From Firmicutes bacterium UBA3570 (lineage in GTDB: Bacteria > Bacillota > Sulfobacillia > UBA3561), in contig DFNJ01000013.1 of the NCBI GenBank assembly GCA_002376005.1, positions 16,055 through 80,054 on the forward strand: 64,000 nucleotides of DNA, read 5' to 3'. Below are positions 1-9,715 of the stretch, one piece after another; position 1 is the first letter of the stretch, and each line of letters opens with the position of its first letter. Position numbers and translations under genes: made by a program. A model generated the notes under the pieces. It saw only the letters and a program-made list of their open reading frames with translations, had not been told where the DNA came from and made no database searches.

Positions 1-1149
1 GTGCGGGTGCGGCAGAAAATGGCGGTGAACTGGTTCGTGAACTCCGCCCTGCTGGGCATCCCCAAGCAGCGCCGCTTGAGCGAGGAGCTGGGGGTGAACG
101 TACCCTTCTTTCTCCTCGTTGATCCCACCAGTGCGTGCAACCTGCGGTGCAAGGGATGCTGGGCTGGGGAGTACGACAAGCACGACGTCATGGAGCCGGA
201 GCTCCTCGACCGGATAATCAGGGAGGCCAAGGAGCTGGGCATTCATTGGATCGTCCTGTCGGGGGGCGAGCCGCTGTGCTATCCTCACCTTTTCGATATC
301 GTGAGCAAACACGATGATGTCGCCTTCATGTTCTACACCAACGGCACCCTGATCGATGAGGCTGCCGCCGACCGGATAGCGGAGCTCGGCAACATCTCTC
401 CCGCCATCAGCCTGGAAGGGGGGCGGGAGCGAACTGACGCCAGGAGGGGCCGTGGGACCTTCGACAAAGTGATGCACGCCATGGATTTGCTCAAGGAGCG
501 CGGCGCTCTGTTTGGGTTCTCAGTGACCATCACCAGGGAGAATGCCGAGGAAGTGGTGTCCGACGAGTTCTTGGATCTGCTCATCGAAAAGGGTTGTCTT
601 TATGGATGGACCTTCCACTACATACCCGTGGGCAGTGATGCTCGTCCCGACCTCATGGTCACTCCCGAGCAGCGTGCCTATCTCGCCCGGCGCGTACCGG
701 AGATTAGGCGCATCAAGCCGCTACAGTTCGCCGACTTCTGGAACGATGGCGAGCTGACCGGGGGCTGTATAGCGGGCGGCCGTCGCTACTTCCACATCAC
801 TGCGCGAGGCGATGTGGAGCCGTGCGCGTTTGCTCACTTCGCGGTGGACAACATACGCGACAAGTCGCTGAAGGAAGTGCTGCAGTCGCCGATTTTCAAG
901 GCTTACCAGAAGCGGCAACCGTTTAGCGAGAATCTCTTGCGTCCATGTCCGATCATCGATGTGCCGGAGGCCCTGCAGGAAATCGTGGCGGAAAGCGGTG
1001 CCCGGCCCACCCATCCGGGTGCGGAGGCGATTCTCAGCGGTGAGCTGGCGGCGGCCATATCGCGCCGAGCGGAGACCTGGGCACGTCTGTCAGAGCCTAT
1101 CTGGCAGGAGCGGCAGCGGGCTCGCCAGCAGGTCTCAGCCGGCAGCTGA
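1..1149 (+). CDS. Radical SAM protein with C-terminal SPASM/twitch domain (5' truncated by window edge)
   Basis: CxxxCxxC motif (CNLRCKGC), SGGEPL, YTNGTL, C-terminal GCIAGG...VEPCAF...PCP. Confidence 0.85.
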   Translation: MRVRQKMAVNWFVNSALLGIPKQRRLSEELGVNVPFFLLVDPTSACNLRCKGCWAGEYDKHDVMEPELLDRIIREAKELGIHWIVLSGGEPLCYPHLFDIVSKHDDVAFMFYTNGTLIDEAAADRIAELGNISPAISLEGGRERTDARRGRGTFDKVMHAMDLLKERGALFGFSVTITRENAEEVVSDEFLDLLIEKGCLYGWTFHYIPVGSDARPDLMVTPEQRAYLARRVPEIRRIKPLQFADFWNDGELTGGCIAGGRRYFHITARGDVEPCAFAHFAVDNIRDKSLKEVLQSPIFKAYQKRQPFSENLLRPCPIIDVPEALQEIVAESGARPTHPGAEAILSGELAAAISRRAETWARLSEPIWQERQRARQQVSAGS

Positions 1150-1155
1150 GCTCAG

Positions 1156-1184
1156 TTGACAGCGCGACAGGCGCGGGGTATAAT
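1156..1184 (+). promoter_or_regulatory. Sigma-A promoter of the alaS leader
   Basis: Perfect TTGACA (1156-1161), 17-nt spacer, TATAAT (1179-1184). Confidence 0.9.
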
Positions 1185-1199
1185 CCATGTCGAAAAACC

Positions 1200-1455
1200 A
1201 CAGCGCGACGACGATGATGGGGAAGAGTACCCCGCGGCAGGCCACCAGAGAGGAACGCTGCTGGGAAGTTCCGGTTCGGCGCGGGGGAACGCGGCTCCGG
1301 AGTCGCCTGCCTGAAAGTAAGTAGGGCAGGCCGTACCGGGCGTTAACGGCGGGTGCTGCAGCACCTGGAGGGATCGGGTTCGCGAGAGCCTGGTAACCAG
1401 GGTGGTACCGCGAGTCATCATACCTCTCGTCCCTGGGGGACGGGAGGTTGTTTTT
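1200..1455 (+). promoter_or_regulatory. T-box riboswitch (Ala) with terminator
   Basis: GAAGAGTA, CAGAGAG and GCTG motifs; Ala codons GCG/GCT at 1291-1296 in the putative specifier loop; T-box AACCAGGGTGGTACCGCG at 1395-1412; terminator CCTCTCGTCCC/GGGACGGGAGG followed by a T-rich run; lies upstream of alaS. Confidence 0.92.
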
Positions 1456-1471
1456 GAAGGAGGCGGTGGAA

Positions 1472-4144
1472 TTGTCGGGTCCATCCAGCAGTGAGATCCG
1501 AAAGAAGTTCCTAGAGTACTTCCGGCAACGGGATCACGAGGTGGTGCCCAGCTCGTCTTTGGTGCCGGCGGGGGATCCCACGTTGCTGTTTACCAACGCG
1601 GGAATGGTGCAGTTCAAGGACGTTTTCCTGGGACGCGAAAGCAGGAGCCGCCGGCGTGCTGTGACCGCCCAGAGGTGCCTGCGGGTATCCGGTAAACACA
1701 ACGACCTGGAAGAGGTGGGCAAGACCGCGCGCCACTGCACGTTTTTCGAAATGCTGGGTAATTTCTCCTTCGGAGACTATTTCAAGGAAGACGCCATAGC
1801 GTACGCGTGGGAACTCCTGACCCGCGGGTACGGACTGGATGCAGCCGACCTTTGGGTGACGGTGTACCGAGACGACGAGGAGGCAGCTCGCCTGTGGCAA
1901 CGAGTGGCGGGACTGTCGGCCGACCGGATCGTTCCTCTGGGGGAGGAGGACAACTTCTGGAGCATGGGGGAGACGGGTCCGTGCGGTCCCTGCTCGGAGA
2001 TCGTGGTGGACCGTGGGCCGCGTCATTCTTGCGGTGCGGCCAATTGCCGCCTGGACACCTGTGGCTGCGACCGGTGGCTGGAGCTGTGGAATCTGGTGTT
2101 CATGCAGTATGAGAGAGATGAGTCAGGACAGGTGACTCCGTTGCCCAGACCATGCATTGACACTGGGATGGGTCTGGAGCGCCTGGCAACGCTGCTCCAG
2201 GGAGCGGATAGCATCTTCGGCACCGACCTCCTCGCTCCCCTCATCAGGGCTACGGAGGAGCTGAGCGGCCGGGCCTACGATCCGGGTCCCGACGGCATGC
2301 CCTTCCGGGTGATCGCCGACCACCTGCGAGCTTCAGTTTTCTTGGTGATGGACGGGGTGGTACCCAGCAACGAGGGTCGTGGGTACGTATTTCGGCGCAT
2401 TCTTCGTCGGGCACTACGCTTCGCGACCTTGCTCGGCATGGAGCTTCCGGTGCTGTACCGCCTGGTGCCAGTTGCAGTGCGGGTCTACGAGGATGCATAC
2501 CCCGGACTGGTGGCCATGACCGACCAGGTGGTCCAGGTCGTCAGGTGGGAGGAAGAGAGGTTCCGGACCACCGTCCGCGAGGGAAGCCAGCGCGCTCTGG
2601 AGGCCATCCAGGAAGCCAAAGCTCGAGGACTGCGACGCCTGCCGGGGAAGGTGGCGTTCACCCTCTATGACACCTTCGGCTTTCCCATTGACCTGACGCA
2701 GGACATGGCGAGGGAGCACGGCCTGGAGGTGGATCGTGAGGGATTCGAACGGGCGCTGGAAGAGCAGCGCCGCCGCGCCAGGGCAGCTCGGGCGGAGCAG
2801 GAGGATGAGATGGGCCTGCTGGCAGGCCTACTGGAAGGCGAGCGCCCCACCGAGTTCGTGGGCTACGAAAGGCTGCAAGTGTCGGCCACCGTGGTGGCCC
2901 TGGTGAAGGAAGGCGAGGGCACGGTGGCACGGCTATGTGACGGTGAAGAAGGGTGGGTAGTTACGGATCGGACGCCCTTTTACCCCGAGGGCGGTGGTCA
3001 GCTGGCGGACAGAGGTGAGATGCGCTCCGGGGCCCTTCGGCTGGTGGTCGGCGACGTTCGGCGCCTGCCCAGTGGCGTCATCGTGCACCGGGGCCGGATG
3101 CAGGGCGGAGACCTGCGGGTGGGGCAGGAGGTAGTATCCAAGGTCGATCCCGAGTGGCGAGAAGGAGCGCAACGGCACCATACCGCCACCCACCTACTTC
3201 ATCGGGTGCTCAAGGAAACGCTGGGAGAGCATGTCAACCAGTCAGGTTCGCTGGTGGCACCCGACCGATTGCGTTTCGACTTCACGCATTTCGCTTCCCT
3301 GACTGCCGAGCAGCTGAGGGAGATCGAAGAACGCGTCAACCGGCTGGTGTGGGCCGATCTGGAAGTGCGGGACTGCTGGATGAGTATGGAGGAAGCACGA
3401 CGGGCCGGGGCCATAGCCCTGTTCGGAGAGAAATACGGTGAACGGGTGCGCGTGGTATCAATCGGAGATGTCAGTAAGGAGCTGTGCGGAGGAACGCATG
3501 TGAACCGTACTGGGCAGGTCGGCCCGGTGCTGATCATCCAGGAAAGCAGCGTCGGAGCGGGGCTGAGACGGGTCGAGGCGGTGGTAGGACCGGCAGCCTG
3601 GCGGCACTGGAGCCGCATGCGCAGCACCCTGGAGCGGGCGGCGGAACTGCTGAAGAGTAGCTGGGAACGCGTTCCTGCAAAAGTGGAGCAGCTGCAGCAG
3701 AACTTGGAGGAACGGGAAAAGAGGTTGGCAACCTTACAGCGAGAGGCGGCCATGGGTGCCCTGCAGGGCCTGCTGCAGAGTGCGAAGGTGATAGGCGGGA
3801 TCACGCTGGTGTACGGGGAGATCCCGGCCTCCGATCCTCGCATCCTCCGCGAGCTGGCCGACGTAGCCAGGTCGCGCCTGCAGGATGGTCTGGTGGTGCT
3901 GGGCAGTGCTGGGGACGACCGGGTGATGCTGGTGGCCATGGCCACGCAGGGAGCGGTGGGCAGGGGCATCCATGCTGGCCGGCTGCTGGGCAGGCTGGCG
4001 AAGCTGGTCGATGGAGGAGGCGGTGGCCGCCCTGACATGGCGGAGGCGGGAGGACGTTCGCCTCGGAAACTGGCGGGTGCGCTGCAGCGCCTGCCTCAGC
4101 TAGTGGAAGAGCTGGTGAAGGAGGGACATGAGGGCAGGAGATGA
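1472..4144 (+). CDS. alaS: Alanine--tRNA ligase
   Basis: DPTLLFTNAGMVQFK, HCTFFEMLGNFSFGDYFK, HTATHLL, ELCGGTHV, GGGGRP. TTG start at 1472 follows AAGGAGG. Confidence 0.98.
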   Translation: MSGPSSSEIRKKFLEYFRQRDHEVVPSSSLVPAGDPTLLFTNAGMVQFKDVFLGRESRSRRRAVTAQRCLRVSGKHNDLEEVGKTARHCTFFEMLGNFSFGDYFKEDAIAYAWELLTRGYGLDAADLWVTVYRDDEEAARLWQRVAGLSADRIVPLGEEDNFWSMGETGPCGPCSEIVVDRGPRHSCGAANCRLDTCGCDRWLELWNLVFMQYERDESGQVTPLPRPCIDTGMGLERLATLLQGADSIFGTDLLAPLIRATEELSGRAYDPGPDGMPFRVIADHLRASVFLVMDGVVPSNEGRGYVFRRILRRALRFATLLGMELPVLYRLVPVAVRVYEDAYPGLVAMTDQVVQVVRWEEERFRTTVREGSQRALEAIQEAKARGLRRLPGKVAFTLYDTFGFPIDLTQDMAREHGLEVDREGFERALEEQRRRARAARAEQEDEMGLLAGLLEGERPTEFVGYERLQVSATVVALVKEGEGTVARLCDGEEGWVVTDRTPFYPEGGGQLADRGEMRSGALRLVVGDVRRLPSGVIVHRGRMQGGDLRVGQEVVSKVDPEWREGAQRHHTATHLLHRVLKETLGEHVNQSGSLVAPDRLRFDFTHFASLTAEQLREIEERVNRLVWADLEVRDCWMSMEEARRAGAIALFGEKYGERVRVVSIGDVSKELCGGTHVNRTGQVGPVLIIQESSVGAGLRRVEAVVGPAAWRHWSRMRSTLERAAELLKSSWERVPAKVEQLQQNLEEREKRLATLQREAAMGALQGLLQSAKVIGGITLVYGEIPASDPRILRELADVARSRLQDGLVVLGSAGDDRVMLVAMATQGAVGRGIHAGRLLGRLAKLVDGGGGGRPDMAEAGGRSPRKLAGALQRLPQLVEELVKEGHEGRR

Positions 4145-4205
4145 ATGATCCGGCGCCGAAGTGCGTACTACCCCCAGCCACCCTGTGAGGGGAAGGTGGT
4201 AGGCA

Positions 4206-4469
4206 GTGAGTTACGGGGAGGAACACACTCGCACGTTCCGCTTGCGCCCGGAGGAACAGGTATCCAGGGTGCGGTCGGTGCTGCAGGAGGTGTACGCAGC
4301 CCTAAAGGAGAAGGGGTACAACCCTGTCAATCAAATAGTCGGGTACCTCCTGTCCGGTGACCCGGCCTACATCACCAGCCACCGAAACGCTCGTACGCTG
4401 ATCAGAGAGCTGGAGAGAGACGAGTTGTTAGAGGAGCTTGTCCGCTGTTATCTGCAAGTGGAGGGGTAA
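4206..4469 (+). CDS. ireB: IreB family regulatory phosphoprotein (UPF0297)
   Basis: [25 protein letters not shown] signature; conserved position after alaS. Confidence 0.93.
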   Translation: MSYGEEHTRTFRLRPEEQVSRVRSVLQEVYAALKEKGYNPVNQIVGYLLSGDPAYITSHRNARTLIRELERDELLEELVRCYLQVEG

Positions 4470-4616
4470 CTAACGGCCAAGTCAGGCCTCCGCGCCAGCG
4501 GGGGCCGTTGTCATTTTGCCTCGCGATGACCCGGCTAGCCTAGTGTGGTGGCAGGAAGGCTCTCCCCGAAGGCAGAAGCTTCCAGAGGACGGTTACGGAA
4601 GAGGGGAAGCAGCGCG

Positions 4617-5567
4617 GTGCGGTGGGTGTGGGATCTTACGCGCGAGATCGACATCGATGTTCGCCCGCGGGAGCCCGTGGAGATAAAGCTGATACCCACG
4701 CGAGGCATCAACGTGGCTGCCAGGATCATGGCCGAAACCTGGAAGGGATACCTCACTGAGCGGGGTGCTCTGGAGTTCCTCTCTGGCCTTCCTCCATCGA
4801 GTCAGGTATTTCCCTTCGTCGCCTTCCGGGGTGGCCGGCCCATCGGCTCGGTAGTGGCGGTGCTGGAATACGGAGTGGGCGAGCTGTGCCGCGGCGTGCA
4901 CGTGCTGCCCGAATTCCGCCGCCGGCACGTGGGCAAGGCGCTTCTTCTCCATGCCCTGCGTTACCTTCAGGGGCGGGGAGCGAGAAAGGCCTTTGTGGTG
5001 CGCCAGATGCAGGCTCCGCTGTCGGAGGATGACGTGGCAGCATCCTGCCTGTACGATGGTGCGGGAGGGGTGCGCCGCCCGCCGCTGGTGGAGATGGTAT
5101 ACACCCCTCAGTGTCCCTGGACCAGGCAATTCTTGGTGATGGTGCGTGACTGGTTGCTGCCGTACGACGTCACGGTGGAGGAAGTGAGCATGTGGGACCG
5201 ATTCGAGCGAGCGGGTGAACTGTTGCTGGGATCGGGTCTGGCCGAGGACCGCGGCGGACGGCTGGCCCTGAAGGCCAACGTGTTCCTGAAAGTTTTCGTT
5301 GACGGTGTGTTCGCCACCGGCATGCCTCCCGACCGCGATCAGCTCTACCATCGGCTGGAACGTCTGGGAGGGCGCAAGCACCAGGACCGTTCGCCAGTGC
5401 CCGACGAGGTGGTCCGCTTCGGTCAGCCCGGCTACCAGACGATACTGGAGACATCGCCTCAGGATTGGGCGGCGGTGCCCCTGAAACAAGACCGGTTCCA
5501 TCAGCAGGTGGCTCTGTGTTTGGACCACCATCCATCCGGCTGGAGTGCGACGGGCGGCCGGAGGTAG
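4617..5567 (+). CDS. GNAT acetyltransferase plus YoaP-like thioredoxin-fold segment (N-terminal part of a probably split gene)
   Basis: VHVLPEFRRRHVGKALL acetyl-CoA motif and YTPQCPW. Start placed at GTG 4617, downstream of a sigma-H-like motif. Ends in a TAG that is in frame with the next ORF. Confidence 0.7.
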   Translation: MRWVWDLTREIDIDVRPREPVEIKLIPTRGINVAARIMAETWKGYLTERGALEFLSGLPPSSQVFPFVAFRGGRPIGSVVAVLEYGVGELCRGVHVLPEFRRRHVGKALLLHALRYLQGRGARKAFVVRQMQAPLSEDDVAASCLYDGAGGVRRPPLVEMVYTPQCPWTRQFLVMVRDWLLPYDVTVEEVSMWDRFERAGELLLGSGLAEDRGGRLALKANVFLKVFVDGVFATGMPPDRDQLYHRLERLGGRKHQDRSPVPDEVVRFGQPGYQTILETSPQDWAAVPLKQDRFHQQVALCLDHHPSGWSATGGRR

Positions 5568-5573
5568 GAAGGT

Positions 5574-5999
5574 ATGGCCATGAAGGAACGATGGTACCGG
5601 CAGGCAACCGGCAGGGTGGAGCCTTTCGGCGTGCTGGTGATGGAAGTGGACAGACCCATTGGCCTCGCTGAGTACATGCCACGGCCCTTGGCGCTGCGCG
5701 CCGGATACGTCACTGGTACCTGGGGGGACGACCGCGAGGTACTGACGTTGACGTGTCTCGAGGTGGGCTGGGGGATGCCGAGGCTGCAGGTGCTCGAATT
5801 CACCATGCAACGGTTACTGGAGCAGCTGGAGAGTGATCCGCAAGGTTTCCGCTACCTGGAGGCAATGGCGGTTTACGAAAAACCGCTCGGCTTCAATCCG
5901 TACTGGTTACTGGAGAAATACGGGTTCGCACGGAAGGAAGAGAGGGTTCCCGGACAGGTGGTCATCATGGCCAAACCCCTTGGACGGCCGCGGTACTGA
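5574..5999 (+). CDS. YoaP-like GNAT domain (in-frame continuation of the upstream ORF)
   Basis: MKERWY...PIGLAEYMP...LTCLEV...LLEKYGF resembles YoaP-type GNAT domains. Confidence 0.55.
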   Translation: MAMKERWYRQATGRVEPFGVLVMEVDRPIGLAEYMPRPLALRAGYVTGTWGDDREVLTLTCLEVGWGMPRLQVLEFTMQRLLEQLESDPQGFRYLEAMAVYEKPLGFNPYWLLEKYGFARKEERVPGQVVIMAKPLGRPRY

Positions 6000-6184
6000 C
6001 AGGGGTGGGTTCGCGCCGGACGAGGGGTGCCGCTCGGGACAGCGCCCAGCTGCGTCGGCCGTGGCTTCTGGCGCTCGGTCGCGGTCTGCGGGCTGGGCGT
6101 GTGGGCAGGCCAAGGCGCTGCAGTATCGTCTCCTCCATGGGGTCACCAGGAGTCTGTAACGAAGGCAGCGAAGGAGGGAGGTCG

Positions 6185-7105
6185 TTGACCGATAGTCCAC
6201 CGATCCGAAAGGCGGTAATACCGGCAGCTGGTCTGGGGACCAGGTTTCTCCCCGCCACCAAGGCCCAGCCCAAGGAGATGCTTCCTCTGGTGGATACGCC
6301 GGTGATACAGTACGTGGTAGACGAGGTGGTGGCGTGCGGCATTGACGATCTGCTGATCGTCACCGGCCGAGGAAAGAGGGCCATTGAAGATTATTTCGAC
6401 CGCGCACTGGAACTGGAGATGTTCCTGGATCAGCGGGGCAAGAAAGATCTGCTGAATCAGGTCAGGGACTTGAGCAACTACTGCAACATATACTTCGTCC
6501 GGCAGAAGGAACCTCGGGGACTGGGGGATGCCATTTACGCTGCCAGGCGCCACGTGGGCGGGGAGCCCTTCGCGGTGTTGCTGGCGGATGAGGTGTTTGC
6601 CGGGGATCGATCTCCTCTGGCGCAGCTGCTGGATGCTTACGACAGTTGCCGGTGCACCATCGTGGCGGTGAAGGAGGTGCCGTGGGAAGAAGTTGGCCGG
6701 TACGGGATCGTCGCCGCAGAGCTGGTAGGGCGGAGTCTGTATCGGGTTGTGGATCTGGTGGAGAAACCCTCCCCTGGCGCGGCTCCCTCCAACTTGGCAA
6801 TCGTCGGCAGGTACCTGATGGACCCCGAAATCTTCGACTGCTTGGAAAGAACCGCCCCCGGGGTGGGCGGAGAGATACAGCTGACCGATGCTCTGCGGCT
6901 GCTGCGCGAGCGCCAGGAGATCTATGCGCTGGTGGTGGAGGGCGAGAGGTACGACGTAGGGGACAAGAGGGGGTTCTTGGAGGCCACGGTGAAAATGGCC
7001 TTGGGACGGAGTGACCTGGGCGGAGACTTCGCCAAGTTCCTGGAAGAAGTGCTCCGCCAGCACCGTTGGTATCGGGACGAAGCAGCGGCAGGACGGGCAC
7101 AGTGA
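6185..7105 (+). CDS. galU: UTP--glucose-1-phosphate uridylyltransferase
   Basis: KAVIPAAGLGTRFLPATKAQPKEMLP, VEKP, GGEIQLTDAL. TTG start after GGAGGG. Confidence 0.96.
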   Translation: MTDSPPIRKAVIPAAGLGTRFLPATKAQPKEMLPLVDTPVIQYVVDEVVACGIDDLLIVTGRGKRAIEDYFDRALELEMFLDQRGKKDLLNQVRDLSNYCNIYFVRQKEPRGLGDAIYAARRHVGGEPFAVLLADEVFAGDRSPLAQLLDAYDSCRCTIVAVKEVPWEEVGRYGIVAAELVGRSLYRVVDLVEKPSPGAAPSNLAIVGRYLMDPEIFDCLERTAPGVGGEIQLTDALRLLRERQEIYALVVEGERYDVGDKRGFLEATVKMALGRSDLGGDFAKFLEEVLRQHRWYRDEAAAGRAQ

Positions 7106-7238
7106 AGGCCGGACAGCCAAGGAGGCCGGCCGCACGAAGCCCTGGGTGCGGCGTGCCCAGGCGGAGGAATGCTATGCATGTCGGCAGAAGAGGAGCGCGT
7201 GGGTGTCGACCACCAAGTAACGCGGAGGTGACCGACAG

Positions 7239-7727
7239 GTGAACGTCATGGAGGCCATAAAGACGCGCCGGAGCATCCGGGCATATCGCGACCAGGAGGT
7301 TTCGCGTTCCGATCTGCTGGAGGTGTTGGAAGCGGGCAGGTTGGCGCCGTCGGCGGGGAACCGGCAGCCCTGGTGGTTCGTGGTGGTGACTGACCCTGAT
7401 CTGAAACAGCGTCTCGTCCCCGCCTGTCACAACCAAAAGTTCGTGGGCGAGGCGGGGGTGGTCATCGTGGGTTGTGCGGACCCCAAGATGAAATGGCACA
7501 TGGTGGATACTGCCATCGCTCTGGACCATATGACGCTGGCTGCCTGGGAAAAGGGTCTGGGCACCTGCTGGATTGGTGCGTTCGAGGAGGGCCAGGTCAA
7601 GCAGATCCTCGGGATCCCGGATGAGGTGAAGGTGGTGGCCCTCCTCACGCTCGGCTGGCCGGCACGGGAAGGGACCTTCCGGGGACGGAAATCTCTCGAC
7701 GAGATCGTGCGGTGGGAGAGATGGTGA
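7239..7727 (+). CDS. Nitroreductase family protein
   Basis: RRSIRAY, APSAGNRQPW, GLGTCWIGAF. Confidence 0.92.
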   Translation: MNVMEAIKTRRSIRAYRDQEVSRSDLLEVLEAGRLAPSAGNRQPWWFVVVTDPDLKQRLVPACHNQKFVGEAGVVIVGCADPKMKWHMVDTAIALDHMTLAAWEKGLGTCWIGAFEEGQVKQILGIPDEVKVVALLTLGWPAREGTFRGRKSLDEIVRWERW

Positions 7728-7821
7728 CCGATGGGCTGGCATTAGGATAGAATGTCACCGAGTACTTGGCGTTTTTTGAGCTGAGCTGGACAGGAGATGA
7801 CGGGAAGGGCGGGGAAGCCAT

Positions 7822-8514
7822 TTGATACCCATTCGGGATAGCGTTCGCTCCCGCAGCGTTCCCCTGGTGAGCCTCAGCATCATCGCGATCAACGTCCTGG
7901 TATTTCTGCGTGAGCTGGGCATGACCGATCGGGAACTCTGGAAGTTCGCCGCGATGTATGGCGTGGTTCCCGCGCGCCTGTCCGGTCTGTTCACGGGCCA
8001 TCCCCAGGGGGTCTGGTTCGTAGCAACCCTGTTCACCGCCCAGTTCCTGCACGGCGGGTGGTTTCACCTCCTGGGCAATATGCTGTATCTATGGGTGTTT
8101 GGAGACAACGTTGAAGATCGTATGGGTCGGTGGAGGTTCTTGGGTTTCTATCTGGTGGCCGGTGCGCTGGCCAATTTCGCGCATGCCGTGATGCACCCCA
8201 CTTCGATGACGCCCACCATCGGGGCTAGCGGCGCGGTGGCAGGAGTGCTGGGGGCATACTTCGTCATGTTTCCCCGCGCTCGGGTTCAGGCCCTGTTACC
8301 TCTTGGGTTTTTCCTTTACGTCACCGAACTGCCGGCTGTTCTGTTCTTGTTCCTGTGGTTCTTCCTCCAGCTGGCCAGCGGGGTTGCTTCCATCGGGCTG
8401 CCGCCGGCGGTGACGGGCGCGGTGGCCTGGTGGGCCCACGTAGGAGGGTTTCTGGTTGGGATGTTTTTGGGACCCTCGGTGGCGAGGCGTCCTCGCCGCC
8501 GCATGTGGTATTGA
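7822..8514 (+). CDS. Rhomboid family intramembrane serine protease
   Basis: FLHGGWFHLLGNM, GASGAVAG catalytic Ser, AWWAHVGGF catalytic His. Confidence 0.95.
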   Translation: MIPIRDSVRSRSVPLVSLSIIAINVLVFLRELGMTDRELWKFAAMYGVVPARLSGLFTGHPQGVWFVATLFTAQFLHGGWFHLLGNMLYLWVFGDNVEDRMGRWRFLGFYLVAGALANFAHAVMHPTSMTPTIGASGAVAGVLGAYFVMFPRARVQALLPLGFFLYVTELPAVLFLFLWFFLQLASGVASIGLPPAVTGAVAWWAHVGGFLVGMFLGPSVARRPRRRMWY

Positions 8515-8601
8515 GAACAGTTCGACATCCGCCAGGGACGGAGGAATGGTGACCAACGGAAGGAAGTAACTTAGCGGAGGCCTTGTCGGGGAGGGATAGC
8601 G

Positions 8602-9708
8602 TTGGGTGAGAAGCTCACGGTTACGGTGATAAAGGCCGATGTCGGTGGCTGGGTGGGTCATTCGTCCGTGCACCCCGATCTGATCGAGCGCGCTCGAGAG
8701 ATGCTGTCCCGCCGGGAGGCAAAGGATCTACTTCTGGATTTCTACGTGGCCACCGTGGGTGATGATATCAACCTCATAATGACCCACCGGCATGGGGTGG
8801 ATAGCGAAGTCATCCACCGCCTGGCCTGGGATACCTTCACGGCATGTACGGAAGTGGCCAAGGAACTGAAGCTTTACGGGGCGGGCCAGGATCTCCTGGC
8901 TGACACCTTTAGCGGGAATGTGAAGGGGATGGGACCGGGCGTGGCGGAGATGGAGTTCGTAGAGCGCCCGTCAGAGCCCATCGTAATATTCATGGCCGAC
9001 AAGACGGAGCCCGGCGCGTGGAACTGGCCCCTCTTCAAGATGTTCGCTGACCCCTTCAACACCGTTGGTCTGGTCATCGACCCGAAGATGCACCAGGGCT
9101 TTCGATTTGAAGTGCACGACCTCATTGAGCACCGGCGCGTGGATTTTGTCTGTCCGGAAGAGATGTACGACCTGCTGGTGTTCATCGGCGCTCCCGGCAG
9201 ATTTTGCATCAAGGCGGTGTACTCCAGAGAGACCGGGGAGCAGGCGGCGGTATCCACCACCCAGCGACTGAATCTCATGGCCGGGAGGTACATCGGCAAA
9301 GACGATCCAGCATTGATCGTGCGGTGCCAGAGCGGCCTCCCCGCCCTGGGTGAGGTGCTGGAACCGTTTGCCAACCCTCACTTGGTTTCCGGCTGGATGC
9401 GCGGATCTCATTCCGGGCCTCTGATGCCGGTGTCCTACCGACAGGCCACCCCCACCAGGTTCGATGGCCCACCGCGCGTGGTGGCCCTCGGGTTCCAGCT
9501 TTGCGACGGAAAGCTGATCGGCCCCCAGGATTTGTTCGCTGACCCGGCTTTCGACCGGGCACGGGAGCTGGCTCTCGAGGTGGCTGATTACATGCGGCAT
9601 CTCGGCCCCTTTGAGCCCCATCGCCTGCACCTGGATGAAATGGAGTACACCACTTTGCCGCAGGTGATGGAGAAGCTAAAAGACAGGTTCACCGAGCTCA
9701 GCGAATAG
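8602..9708 (+). CDS. fbp: Bifunctional fructose-1,6-bisphosphate aldolase/phosphatase (class V FBPase)
   Basis: IKADVGG, LYGAGQDLL, DKTEPGAWN, YIGKDDP (Schiff-base Lys), GWMRGSH, EMEYTTLP. Confidence 0.96.
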   Translation: MGEKLTVTVIKADVGGWVGHSSVHPDLIERAREMLSRREAKDLLLDFYVATVGDDINLIMTHRHGVDSEVIHRLAWDTFTACTEVAKELKLYGAGQDLLADTFSGNVKGMGPGVAEMEFVERPSEPIVIFMADKTEPGAWNWPLFKMFADPFNTVGLVIDPKMHQGFRFEVHDLIEHRRVDFVCPEEMYDLLVFIGAPGRFCIKAVYSRETGEQAAVSTTQRLNLMAGRYIGKDDPALIVRCQSGLPALGEVLEPFANPHLVSGWMRGSHSGPLMPVSYRQATPTRFDGPPRVVALGFQLCDGKLIGPQDLFADPAFDRARELALEVADYMRHLGPFEPHRLHLDEMEYTTLPQVMEKLKDRFTELSE

Positions 9709-9715
9709 CTGTGGG

